The position numbers and the translations under genes were made by a program. Below the pieces are notes generated by a model that was given only the letters and a program-made list of their open reading frames with translations, had not been told where the DNA came from and did not search any database. Positions 24,700-37,793 of a stretch of DNA of 64,000 nt are shown here, in pieces. Origin of the DNA: Eledone cirrhosa (Eukaryota); contig OZ024742.1 of assembly GCA_964016885.1 (NCBI GenBank), positions 95,108,001 through 95,172,000 on the forward strand. Direction: 5' to 3'. Numbering within the stretch: position 1 is the stretch's first letter; every line of letters starts with the position of its first letter.

Positions 24700-27062
24700 A
24701 TCCGGCAAACCTGCCTTCACCCAAAAGTGATTTGAACGAATCACAAGAAGAAGTTTTTTTGTGACATACTTATGACCATGTCAACACTTCTGCTTGGTGT
24801 TGTTTATCGACCCCAAACTACCAGCAGGACACACAGCTTTGTGATATCCTCAGAGCTGCTGCCAGGAAAACAGCCACTTATGTATTTATTGCAGGTGACT
24901 TCAATCATCCTGAGATCGATTGGGAAACCTTTCGTTGGCCACAAAGTGAAAACGATTTCCTTGAGCTAGTGCTGGACTCAAACTGGTCACAAGTAGTCAC
25001 CTCTCCAACAAGAGGTGACAACACTTTGGACTTGATCTTCACCACTATTCCTGAAGTGGTTATCAGTTGTACTACTGAGGAACCTATAGGCGACTCTGAT
25101 CATTGCCAATCTGGCTCTTGCGTGCAGCAACAAAAACCAGAACCATCTCCAATCTGCCTGCTTTGATTGGAAGAAAGCGGATTGGAACTTGTACTGCACT
25201 GAGCTACAGCGCCCAAACTGGCATGAGTTCTATAACTCTGGAGATGTGAACACTATACTCCAGAGCATCCTGGACTCAATATGGATAGCGTGTGCAGCAT
25301 CTGTGCCACGTAAGTAGAAAAAATAACCACCCCAAAAGTGAAATTTGGGAAACTTCAGCGGTCCTACTTGCCAGGAAAGAATGTTGGAACGCTGAACGGG
25401 AATATAAACTGCATAAATCAGATGCCAACAGAAAAAAGCAGAATACATCTTCCAATCATCTCAAGCATGTAACAAAAATGGCAGTGCTTGAATTTAAACA
25501 GTGCATAGCAACCAATCCTGACAGTAAGGTGTTCTGGAAATATGTTCATTCAAACAGAGACCTCACTCTGCAGTTGGTCCTCTTCGCAATCCCCACATAA
25601 GCCAGATCGCTGACAATCCCAAAGAATGCGCAGAACTCATTGTTGAGTGCTATGCATGCATTTTTACTGTTGAAAACCAGAATGTACCATCTCCGCCATC
25701 TCTAACATCAAATTCCATAACAACTATGGAATTTACACCTGCAATGTTGCGATGTCACCTTAAGAATAAGTGCAACTATGCCTGCCCTGGTCTTGATGGT
25801 GTTACATACCTGCTTCTCAAACGTGGCGGGTACTTCCTTTTGCACCAACTTTCTTTCTTCTTTCAATACTGTCTCAACAATGGTGCTACTCTGGGGCAGT
25901 GGAAAACTACCAGTCATCCCTCTGTTCAAAAAGGGCGACTGCACGTCACCTGTCAACTATCGTCCATCAGTCTTACTAGCTGTATTGCCAAACTGATGGA
26001 ATCCTGTGTCAGAGAAACAATTTGGAAATTCTGGAGCTCTCACAGCCTCATCCGGCCCTCACAGTTTGGATTTATCCCTAACTCCAGCTGCTGTGATCAG
26101 CTTATCGAGTTCCTTGAAGACATTACCCAGATCACTGACAGTGGCTCATGGGTGGATGTTGTTTACCTTGACTTCGCTAACGCTTTTAATTCTGTGCCAC
26201 ACAAAAGACTTATGGCGAAACTCTCTGCAATGGGTGTGAGGGATGATCTTTTTAACTGGTTGAAATCCTTCATTCTCAACCGAAAAGAGGTAGTCACGGT
26301 TCTAGGACAGCATTCTTCACCATATGAGATGTCATCTGGTGTACCACAGTGATCTGTTCTTGGTCCCCTTTTGTGTGTGGCATATATTAATGACATAGAT
26401 GCCAACTTAAAGAATGTCACGGTACTGAAATATGCAGATGACATCAAGCTGTACCTTGAAATCAAAAGGACTGATCCTGAAATCTACAACTCTTTCCTAC
26501 AATCAGACCTGGAAAACAATGCAGCAATGGATCACAGACTGGCAACTGAAGCTGGCTGTGGACAAGTGTACCACCATGCATTTTGGGAGGAAAAATCCAG
26601 CGTCCACATACTCCCTCCACAACTCTGATATCAAGAAGTCCTCTTGTGAACGTGACCTGGGCATTACTGTCAGCAGAGATTTGCGTTGGACAAAGCATGT
26701 CTCTAAATTGTTAAGAAGGCCGAGGCTGTCTTGGCATCACTCAGCAAGACCTTTGTTAGCCGCTCTCCAGCCATCTATTTAAAGCTGTATACAGCTATGG
26801 TACGACCACACTTGGAATTCGCATCATCAGTCTGGAACCCCTATCTTGATCAGAACATTGACCTCCTGGAAACTGTTCAGAGACGTGCAACCAAGCACAT
26901 ACCCTCCATCAGACACCTACTATCCATCAGACACCTACCATACTCTGAACCCCTTGCTTCCCTGGGCATGGATTCATTGAAACTCCGACGTCTGGCAATG
27001 GACTTGGTAAACACCCACAAAGTTATTAACAATCTCGCCAACAACAATCCTGAGCACCTTTT
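24700..27062 (+). mobile_element. CR1-group LINE ORF2 remnant (APE + RT), truncated and disrupted
   Basis: GVVYRP, GDFNHPEIDW, PTRGDNTLDLIF, SDH, PGLDG, NYRP, YLDFANAFNSVPHKRL, GVPQ*SVLGP, YADDIKL, RPHLEFASSVWNPY across several frames. Confidence 0.9.
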
Positions 27063-27331
27063 TAATGGTACTGAGGTTTGTGGCCAAAGGGACTAAGCTG
27101 AAGCTGGAGAACATGTCACAGGTTGTCGCTTGTGTGTGAATTAAGGAAAAGGAATTCTCATTTTATTCTTTAGATTATATATTTGTGTGTGTGTGTGTGT
27201 GTATTTTAGAATGTGCACATGTTTGTTTCATCATCATCACAGAGTTATGCCTATTTTCCATACTTGTATAGGTTAGATGGGTTGTCACATTCTGAGACTA
27301 GACAACTCAGATGACCATGTCTTAGTTATAC

Positions 27332-27492
27332 ATCATTAAATTATGCAAGACAATTTGCAAGAGAGAATAAGAGGGATAACAAATATATACCTCAGACTAA
27401 ATAACTGAAACATATATATATATGTTGTCTGAGGTATATATATGTTATCCTTCTTATTCTCTCTTGCAAATTGTCTAGCATAATTTAATGAT
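27332..27492. repeat. Fold-back inverted repeat with 66-bp arms
   Basis: 27332-27397 is the reverse complement of 27427-27492 with 3 mismatches; 29-nt spacer. Confidence 0.9.
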
Positions 27493-27640
27493 TACACAGT
27501 TATATTTGTCATTAATTTATTTTTCCTCGTTACTAGCACATTCTCCCTTTGCTTGTTTTCTGGACAGTTGCTGGCATAATTTCCCCAGTAACCGTGGCAT
27601 ATTCTGGACATTATTGTGACCAGTCTTAATATATGGGTTG

Positions 27641-28100
27641 ATCATCATCATCATCACCGTTTTACGTTCATTCTTCCACTTTAGCATGGGTTAGATGGGT
27701 TGTCCTGTTATGGGCAGTGCCAGGTTGGGTGATCTTGTCTTGCTAATACAGGAACTGATTTTGGTTAGATGCCCTTCCTAACCCCAACCTCATTTACAGT
27801 GAGTGCTGGGTACTTTTTTCCGTGGCACCTACATGACTACTTTACAATATGGGCTGGCTGCTTTTTTGTCGTGACACTTCCACAACCACTTTGCAGTGGG
27901 AGGGGTAGGGCATATTGTTTATATGCTTCAGCTTTGGCTTCTACCCATGGGAAGTCGGGTCTTCTGTATTACTGTGTGACGCCAGAGGTCATGGTCCTGT
28001 GTCATCACCTTTGAGAGGTGCAATTTGGTAAGGTCAGCTTTTATCATCTCATCCCAGGTCTTCTTGGGTCTCCCCACTCCAAGGCTTCCATCAATTTCCA
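27641..28100 (-). mobile_element. RTE 3' fragment (second subfamily)
   Basis: Encodes GRPKKTWDEMIKADL...; 3'UTR with tandem units; (GAT)n tail. Confidence 0.8.
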
Positions 28101-28199
28101 TCGAGTCATAAATAATTTTCTTTTTTTAAAAGCAAGTTAATACTACACATTTCAAACTTCCAATGTTTTAAATGCCTGAGAGATGCTTCATCAGTCATT

Positions 28200-28565
28200 C
28201 TTATTTCATTAGTGAAAGAGTGTGCATCATAATATAATCTATAATTTCATGCCCCTAAAATGAAGGAACTGAAAGTGCATATTTGACATGCAATCGACTG
28301 AAACAGCTAAGAAAATGTATAGTGTTTATGGCCAAGATGTCATTACTGACCACCAAGTCTTAAATTGATTTGTTATTTTGTCTCTCCTTTGTTCTGTCCC
28401 GCACCATCTTGTTTGTTTTTTTTTGTCACAAAATGAATATGGTGTAGGACAGAACAAAGGGGAGACATAAAATGACAAATCAGTCACTGAGGTGGTCACA
28501 GAAAGTGTGATTAAATATATTTGACAATAAATTAAAAAAATCATCCGGGTATTGAACCAACCAAC
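28200..28565 (+). mobile_element. Decayed mariner-like transposon fragment
   Basis: Degenerate peptide ETAKKMYSVYGQDVITDHQV.N.F resembles the mariner N-terminal HTH region; TIRs not clearly intact. Confidence 0.4.
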
Positions 28566-29094
28566 TGGAAATATGTAATAAATTGAAATAAAAACCTACA
28601 GGTGCATGTGTTTGTATTGGCAGCATGACCCTCCTAAAGTATAACAATATCTATATATGTAGTGTAAAGACAATCTGAAATGAAATTTGTGGTAGTTTTC
28701 CTCCTTTCCTCTAAAATAAATATTCATAACTTTCCAGCAATATACACACTTTAAATTATAGATCACCCCATCTGCCTCCACTTTCACCGCTTCTTTTTTT
28801 TCATTTTTCATCTAAATACGTGAATTTTGTGTGTCTTAATTTCTTTCTGTAGATATTGATATATATATCTTTTGAAATTTGTTTACCTATTAACATTTTT
28901 CTAACTTTTTTTCCATGTTTCCCTTTTTGGCTGACTTTGAGAGAAATACCATCAAAACGCCTGAACATATCAATGTGATAGGTACCATTTCTTCTTCTGC
29001 ACTGACTCAAATGTGGTTTCTTTAGTTTTTTTATTTATTTATTTTACCTTCACTCTGTTTCATCTCCAGTGTCTATTTGATTATTATTATTAAA

Positions 29095-29277
29095 TGGTCG
29101 ATTGGCAGTATCGGTAGAGGGTCAGACGCCATGCTTTCCAGCATAGTTACGCCCCTTTATGATCTGAGTTCAAATCCCACCGAGGTTGACTTTGCCTTTC
29201 ATCCTTACGGGGTCGATAAAATAAAGTACCAGTAATGCACTGGGTAATTGCTGGCCTTGTGCCTAAAGTAGAAACAA
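29095..29277 (+). mobile_element. SINE-A short form
   Basis: Near-identical to 4337-4521; flanked by attattatt on both sides. Confidence 0.9.
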
Positions 29278-31298
29278 TTATTATTGTTGTTGTTGTTGTT
29301 GAATATTTTCGGAAAGACTGATACTACTTTAATGTATATAGCTTCATCCTGATCATCATTATAGTCATCACCACCACCACTATCACCTTCATATCTACTA
29401 TCATCATCACCACCAATATCATTATCATCACCATCATCATCCTCTCAACCCTTATAACCATCGTCACCACCACTTCTATCCTCATCTTCGTTATCATCAT
29501 CTACAACTCCAACATGCTTTTTAAGGACAAACACAGTCCTCAAGAATATCTAGATTAGTCTCTCCAATAGAGTGTATGTTTTCTTCAATATACTCTTCAA
29601 GGGCATCCAATATGTTATTTCCATTTCTCTGTCTTCCATCTTCACAGACACATTATCTAACAAAACCAATTTCACTTAAAAGTTTTTTTTCTTTTTTCTT
29701 ATATTCTTTGTGAATATTTTGTTACTTTTTCTACTTAACTTGTTTTTCTGTCATCTGTTGAGTTACCAAAACGACTAGTCATCTGCTACTGATATACACA
29801 GACATTAGCCTTCATGCCATCATCATCATAATCATCACCATCATCAACATTTTGTCTTTGTTTTCCATGCTGACATGGATTAGAGAGGTCATAGCAGTGA
29901 AAGACTAAACTGGTTGGAGAACCATATCTAGCTCATATGAGGGCTGGCTGACCAAGGTACTCTCATGGAATGAGGTTTATTTTTCAACGGAGTACCCAGA
30001 AAGGAACAATGCAGTTATTAATTATAAGAGTTGAAATTAGTGCATGCAAGATTTCACAGATCTTGCATCACTCCTTTAAAGTCGGCCTATACACTTTTCA
30101 GCCCACCCTTGTACATTCCATATTTGGCATGGTTTCTACAACCAGAATATACTGGGTGCATTTTATCATGGTACCAGCACTACCACATTATAGATTGTCC
30201 TGGATGTATTTTATCATGGCAACAGGACCAACAATTTACAGAGTTAAATAAATTGACACCAATACATAACTGATATTGAAAAAGAAATAGTAATTTCAGT
30301 GGATTGTGAATGCAGAATGAAAGGAAGCAAAACTCAATAGTACTAGTCAATAGTATATCCTGGTGCTCTATCTATTTTGCACACCCACAACCCAATGATG
30401 ATGATGATAATGACAATGATGACAACGCCGATGATGAAAGTTAATCAGATGGATAAAATGTTTTGCTTTTTTCCATAAATCTAAGTTATTTCGTCAATAT
30501 TCCAATATTTTAGTTTATCTTGAAAATCTTGCAAGATATTGGAAAGACATCATTTAATTTTGCAGCAATGTTTGTCCAACCATGTCAGCTACTGGAAATC
30601 ATGTCGATAGTGATGGCTATAATGATGGTCATGACGACAGACAGAATAATGATGGGGAAGATAAAATTAAGTTATGATGATGATGATGATGATAATGATG
30701 GAAATGGATGTAGTTGTTATGGCAGGGATGATGCTAATGATGATGTTGTGATGGCTGTGATGCTGGTGATGGTGGCAGTGATGGTGAAAATAGTGGTGCT
30801 AATGATGATGATTTGGTAATGATTAGTGGATGATATTTATTTCGTGTTTGAGTTGTTGACAAAGATATTTGGAGAGATATTGATGATGATGATGATGAAG
30901 ATGGTTTAGAGCTACTTACTCAAGATCTTCAAACTGATTACTGCAGAGAGGAAAGAGTGACAACTTCCTCTACCTTACAAAATTGTTCCAGTTTTTTCCT
31001 TAAAAACAGTCTCAGCCAATAGTTAAGATATCCATTTTGATGAATATTTTCTTTCTCAACAACATAATAATTATTTCTAATGCAGCCACAAATTCAGAAC
31101 TTTGGGAAAGCGGAACAATTGAGCTCATTCACCCATGCACTTGGTAGGTATTTTATTTTGTTGACTCAAGAAAGATGAAATGTAAAGATCGCTTCAGCAC
31201 GATTTGGACTCAGAATCTAGCCATTTTGTTTGACCCTCTAATCATCATCATCACTGATTTTTACAATCTATCACATATTTTGATAATAGTATAATAAT

Positions 31299-31628
31299 TG
31301 TTTCTACTTTTGGCACAAGGCCAGCAAATACCCAGTGCATTACTGGTACTTTATTGTATCGACCCCGTAAGGATGAAAGGCAAAGTTAACCTCGGCGGGA
31401 TTTGAACTCAGACCGTAAAGGAATGTAACTATGCATGGCGTCCGACTCTCTACTGATACTGCCAATCCAATATTATTATTATTATTATCATTATTAGAGT
31501 GTGGTGGGCTGGTACAACTGTTAGTGTGTTGGATGAAATGCATCACAGTATTTCATTATAGTCTGCTACATATTGGAATATTGACGAAATAACTTAGATT
31601 TATGGAAAAAAGCAAAACATTTTATCCA
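31299..31628 (-). mobile_element. SINE-A insertion (31299-~31469) with ~160 bp of locally templated extra DNA at its 5' junction
   Basis: 18-bp TSD tgataatagtataataat at 31281-31298 and 31629-31646 encloses the SINE plus inverted copies of 31737-31833 and 30449-30508. Confidence 0.85.
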
Positions 31629-33204
31629 TGATAATAGTATAATAATGGCTTGGGGAAGGGGAAGGTCAATTACAATGACCCACCATGTGGGTAGTACTTT
31701 ATTTTATCATCCCCAAAAGGATGACTTGGAACCAGAATGTAGAGGACTATAATGAAATACTGTGATGCATTTCATCCAACACACTAACAGTTGTACCAGC
31801 CCACCACACTCTAATAATGATAATAATAATAATTTATTTTTCCTTTTGTAAGGTTTCTCTAGCAATAAGTTATAAGGTGAAGTGTGTTAATTTACCATCA
31901 GTCCCTGATCTCAGAGGCTCAATAAATAGCATAGGATTCTGGCAAAGCCAGCGATGGTAATAGTGATGATGATGATGATGATGATAATAATAATATAACA
32001 GTTATAATGATTTCTAAGATAGGTACAATGTACTAGGCTCCATAATAAAAAAAATAAAGTCAAGCATCACAAGATTTTAACATACATTTATTTCCCCTCT
32101 CTACTGATTCATATATTATTATTGTTATTATTATCATTTAAGAGTAATGGATTATCAGACTTAGAGCATTGGACAAAATACTTTGCAGTGTTTAGTTACG
32201 TTTTGAGTTTAAATTCTGCTGAGGTTAGCTTTTCCTTTCATCCTTCTGGCATTGATAAAAAAAGTACCAATTAAATACTGGTGTTGATAAAATTGACTTT
32301 CCCCAATATCAAAATATTATTGGCTACGTTCTTAGATTGGAAACAATTATTATTTTGTTGTACTTTGGTAGGGCCATACTGCCAATGAAAAACACATGCA
32401 CCTGTTGGTTTCACTTCAATTTATTATTATAATTTGCTAGTCAGTTAGTTTCATTAACAGCTGGTTGTTTATTTGTTGATTGACAAAGTTCTTAAGTAAC
32501 ACATTCTGTGACTATCTTTGTTGTTATTTTGTATCTTTTATTTGTTCTGTTTTATACTGTCTTAATTTCTTCTCTTTACACCTTATTTTGTCATTCTGGA
32601 TTGCTAGATAATAACCTGTCTTCTGCAGCCTTAGGTATCCACCACGTTATGTATGGTTCTTACTGTGCCAAGTTAACAGGTTTTCTTAAGAGTCTGGAAA
32701 TCCATGTCAATACCCAATATCTTCAACCAACCATCCAAAATTCAATTCACTTTCCCTATGGCTCTAAATACAATTGGGATGATAACAAATTTGCAACAAT
32801 TTTAGAATATTTGTAGTGTACATTCCAAGTCTTGATACTTTTCTATTTTCTTGCATTCTTTGTCACCCACTCTAATATCAAATGGACAATCATCATCATC
32901 ATTTCACCTTTTGACTTACATTTTCCATGCTAGCATGTGTTAGACAGGAATCAATATTGCTTAATCTACAAACTCTTTTCTCTTTACTGAGTGTAAAAAT
33001 ATCTGAGTGTGAAGACTCTCTTTGCTTATCTGTTTCAATCTTCATGCCCATAATACTTTTATATGGTTGTTTGCAATAATACATTCTGGTTTGTGGTCAT
33101 ATCTTTCCATTGCATGTTCAAATTCGAACTATTTACAAATTCATCTATTCAAGATTGTGACAACTTTTTTGTCTCTAGTTCTTATAATAATTATGAGGAA
33201 ACAT

Positions 33205-33572
33205 TATTTGCAGCATAGAGTTATGGCTCTTTACCTTATGAGTTCAAATCCCGCTGGGGTTAACTTTGCCTTTCATCCTTATGGAGTTGCTAAAATAAAG
33301 CAACAGTAATACACTGGAATAATTGCTGGCACTTCTGCCAAATGTAGAAGCAATTAATATTATCATTTTTGTGTGGTGGATTGACAGTATCGACATAGAG
33401 TTACGGCCCTTTACGTTCTGAATTCAAATCTCACTGAGATTAGCTTTGCCTTTCATCCTTATGGAGTCAATAAATAAAGCACCAGTAATGCACTGGGGAA
33501 GATTTAATCAACTTTCCCCTCCCCTTCAAATTGCTAGCCTTGTGCCTAAATTAAAAACAATTATTATTATTA
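33205..33572 (+). mobile_element. Two tandem SINE-A copies (short, then long form)
   Basis: B box, Nin/Deu-like core and ccttgtgcctaaattaaaaaca(att)n end. Confidence 0.8.
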
Positions 33573-34950
33573 TTGGTGGTCATGGCGAAAGAGATTGTGT
33601 GGACACTACTGAAAGGTTTGAAGACAACCACTTTCCTCTTCAGCGAAGCCCTGATTAATTGTTTCAGGTTTCACCAGAAGAGAAAAATAAGGTTGGTGAT
33701 GAAAATGCTGCCTTCCAGCCAATTTATTAAAAGGTGAGAAGTTTACTTGATTAACATTGAGTCCTCAGTTCAATATCATTGTGTTTCATTTGAGCAAGTG
33801 TCATTTGTCATGGCCTTGGGTCATTGCATGCTCTGGGAGTAAAATTGGTAAGATGGAAGCTGTTTGGAATCCCATCAGATGGACTCTACCCATAATTCAA
33901 ACGGCTAGCCTTATCCCATACTGTCATGCTGAATCTCCATGAAAATCACATTAAGATTACACCTTCGTGGAATACTCAGCCACTTACACAGTAATTTCAT
34001 GAGCAGGCCAATCCATTGATTGAACAACTGGGATACTCAATCCTTTTAAAGAATGCAGGAGTATTTCAAATAAATGTTTAACTTGCCAACATAAATACCA
34101 TCATCATCATAATTGTTACAGTCGTTTTGGCCTCCTTAGCCCTTGCCCTATTAACATCCCTCGAAGTGCCTTTTCTTCAACCTCGTCTAACATTCCAAGA
34201 AAGCAAAGTTAAAACCCTGAAAACCTTTCTAAGACAAAGAGATTTGCCAATTAGGTGATGGCATTTCGAATTTCTAATTGTCATTAGACGTCAATTTTAA
34301 ATTTAATATGCAATGCATTGATGCTTCAGGGCAATAGTTGATGTAGGAGTTGAATCTTACTTGTTCAATAAAATGATTGCTTTTCAATTAGCAATAAGTT
34401 ATTCTGACATCTTTTAAAATGTTCAGAAGACACCTTGAAATATTATTTTAATGGTTTTAGTCATTATATTGTTGCCAAGCTGGGGCATAGCCTTTAACGA
34501 ATTTAGTCTAACATAACTTGATTTTTCAAGTCTGGTACTTATTTTATCGATTTCTTTTTATTGCAGTCAAATATGTATGTATGTGAGCAAAACAAGAAGA
34601 AGAAAAGGGAGAAACGACACAATAATAAATTGGATCGACTAATATAATGAACGGACTATGTCATGCTACTAATATAGCCTTTTTGTTTTGTATATATGTG
34701 TATATATATATATATATGATCAATTGGAATGACTGCATGGATATTCAGCTGAAACTCATCTTTTGAATTGTTGTTTGCCCCTATCAGGACTCAGTTAAGT
34801 GGTATATATGTATATATATATATATATATATATTAGAGTGTTGTAGTTTGCTTGAAGCATTTTTGAATAGAAAACACAAATTTAAATAATTTTGAAAACC
34901 ATACAATGCACTAGAAAATTAAAATTGCTAAGATAATAATAGAACCTTAC

Positions 34951-35049
34951 CTTGGCAAATTTAATAATTCCAAATATTTTCGGTTTTAAAAACCTATTAT
35001 CAAGGGAGAATCCCTGTGAGAGACTTAAAGGATCGATCGGAGATAATTT
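34951..35049 (-). CDS. Candidate 99-nt phase-0 exon (KLSPIDPLSLSQGFSLDNRFLKPKIFGIIKFAK), gene unidentified
   Basis: Acceptor ...ctgccttcccaagcag|, donor aag|gtaagg; only one frame open; length divisible by 3; could instead belong to the adjacent Penelope 3' region. Confidence 0.4.
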
Positions 35050-35367
35050 CTGCTTGGGAAGGCAGATTAAAGTTAAATGTAATGAAAATACTTTAAAATT
35101 TCGAGCATGCACTTTGTGAAATGTCTAGGAAAAAGTGCATGATGCATGCATATGTGTGTGTGAATGGTGAATGTAAGTGTGCTTAGCAGGATGTATGTAT
35201 GTGTGTGTGTGCATGAATGTAAGTTTATGTAGTTTAAGGTGTGTGCGAATATGTATATAATAAAAAGGGAAACGTGTGTGAGTCTAAGTGTGTATGCCTA
35301 GTGAGGACATACATTTAATTTGAAAGAGAGAATGAAACAGGCCACTGGGATGTTGGAATACAGGCTT

Positions 35368-37610
35368 TTAAATTAGCTGTTCTGGTGCACTTCTTTCCAT
35401 TTGATTATTGATCCTAGGTTTTAATTGCTTGATCAAGAGGGCTTCCTTAATTCTTAGCGTGCCTATACTGCATTTGGTAGCTAAGACTGTGGTGGTAATG
35501 CTGTCCTGGTTTCCGCATTTGATGATGTGTTTGCAGAAGGAAGAGGAGTTGGTGTTAACTTGCTCTTTAATACAGAGATGTAACGGTCGAATAGTGCTGC
35601 CTATGTAAATTAGATTGCACTTCTATACATTCTAGCCTGTATACTACTTAAGTACATAGGCAACAATTAATGTTGTGGATAGGGAAATTAGCTAGGGTGC
35701 ATCTGTTATCTTCATTGGGGTGGGGGGGGGGGTTCCTTGTGAAGAGGCATCTTCGTAGGGAAGATCCAGAGTGAACTAGTTTGATACTGAGGCCCTCTCT
35801 TCTGATAGCTTTGTATATGGAATTGGTGGTTTCCTCGCAGAGATGTGGGAACTTGGAGAAGCAACTGTTATTTGAGTTGGTCCAGTCTCTGAGTCTGGGG
35901 TTTTGTTGTGGGGTGGAAAAGGAAGCTGGGTAGCTGTTAATCTCTAGCACCCTGTGCAATCATCTGATATGAGTGGCTCTATTAGCAACATCGCTGCATT
36001 AGTTGCATATGTGAGCCATTCAGTTGAAGATGTACCCTCTTTTAGAGCTGTTGGGGAGGGCAGATTTGTAATTCACAAACAGATCCCTGCTGGCCACTTT
36101 GCAGTAGAAATCAATGTGGATTTCACCACTATCAGAGTTTCAGTCTGAAATCAAGAGCAAGCGACTCGGAGCCGGTAGGATGTTTGATGCTGAACTTGAT
36201 GTTATTGTCAGCATTGTTGAAAGATTCAAAAATCTTGTTGGCATTCTCCTTGGTGGATGTGAGAATATCATCCACATATCTAGTGAAGAAAACGCAGGTG
36301 TCACAGGAGCTGAGTACTTGGCATTCTAGTCTGTTCATATACAAAATGGCCAGTAAAGCCGAGCGACTGGATCACATGGGTAGTCAAGAGGTCTGTCAGT
36401 AGGTTTGTCCCAGGAAATTGTAAAAGGCATTGTTTACAATGATGGATAGGAGCTGGTGGATGTCGGTGGTGGTGAGGCCGAAATGATACAGGTCGCTGAA
36501 ACCAACACATTCCGTGAGTATCTCCCCTGCCAGGAGTGCAGGTACCGATGTGTAGAGGGATACTACATCTAGACTGAAGGCATACCTGTTGAATTTGAGA
36601 GTGTCAAGTCCTAGTTGGTTGAGTCGCTGGATGACATCATCCAAGCTGTAGACGTGGCCCAACAAGGTTGTCAACAGGGGTTTGAAAATCTTGGACGAAA
36701 GCGAAGAGATTTTATAAGATGGTCCTTCTTATTTTCAGGTTGGGTCCTTCTTTGTGGGTTTTGATCAGGTGGTAGAAGTTGGGCAGCCTGCTGTTTCTCA
36801 TTATGTAATTGTACCAGAATCTCTTTGGGAGCCTTCATAGGTTGCAGATGCTGGTCTAGGCAGTGTTGATCTGGTTCTCTATCAGTGCGGGTGTAATTCC
36901 AATGACTTCCAAGTACAGACTGTCCTCGTTGAGATTTTGGTGGGCTAGGTTGTTGTAGGCCAGTCTGGTAATAACACAAAACTCTTTTCCCTTGTCTGAT
37001 GAGAGGTATACAATGTTCTTAGATCTGAGGTAGCTTAAGGTAATGAGTTGTGATCTGAAGAGGTTGTGGTGAGTATGTGTGTGTGTTTGTAGGATGTTAG
37101 AAATGGTAAATTTTACCCATGAGACTTTAGTTTCGAGATCACGGTTGGTGGGTGAAGGGTGAAGTAAGTTGTCGAGATGGTAAGTGGGGAATTTTGAGTT
37201 CATTGTGGAAGTCTTGGAAATGTCGATGAAAGACAACCACTTGAGCTTGTAGGTAGCTCTGTAGAAATTGGCTTCAATGTCGTGTCTGAGCCTGCCATCG
37301 AATTCATGCATTAGGATCAACTTGGGTCCGAGATGGAAGAGTTACATTTCATCGTTGGAAAGAAACCCAGTTAAATTTGTGATAAGGTATATGTTGTCAT
37401 TCATCTGCAGGTCAAGGATAGTGGTGTTCATAGAGTTGGTGGGGCTGGTTAGTGTTATCGTGTTTGTGGCGTTCAACATGTTTGACCCCGACTCCATTAG
37501 TGTTAGAGGTGCTCTGGTAGGGAGGAGCGTTGTCATCATGTTTAGCACTATTCCTAGCTTTAGTCTGCCTTTTAAGAATCCAGTCGAATTTATGTTTGAG
37601 GCGTTCTTTC
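35368..37610 (-). mobile_element. Penelope-like element (RT + GIY-YIG endonuclease), degraded
   Basis: SSDKGKEF, FSLDVVSLYTSVP, FFTRYVDDI (PLE RT); VVYRLEC...YIGSTIRPLH (GIY-YIG, ~35570-35650); C-terminal LRIKEALLIKQLKPRIN. Confidence 0.9.
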
Positions 37611-37793
37611 TCAAATATATATATATTTATAAAAGTGAAAAAGTGAAGTTAAAACTGCACAGAAGTATATTTAAAGATTATCTTTCTTTAATCAGATAGA
37701 ATGAATAATTTTATAATTGTTGTATTACATATAATTGGTTTCAATTGGTATAACAATCCTATCAAATATTAAATATTTAAGAAATATTATATA

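Noticed and set aside
28942-28981. Possible + strand exon (RNTIKTPEHINVI)
   Set aside because: GAG acceptor, weak donor, non-symmetric length.
33668-33733. Possible + strand exon (24 or 66 nt; tttcag| ... aag|gtgaga)
   Set aside because: Lies in what looks like degraded repeat sequence; peptide not recognisable.
34760-34795. Hammerhead ribozyme (minus strand) near the Penelope element
   Set aside because: Core is incomplete (CTGAGT instead of CTGATGAG, AAAC without the preceding G) and stems I/III are not evident; at most a relic.
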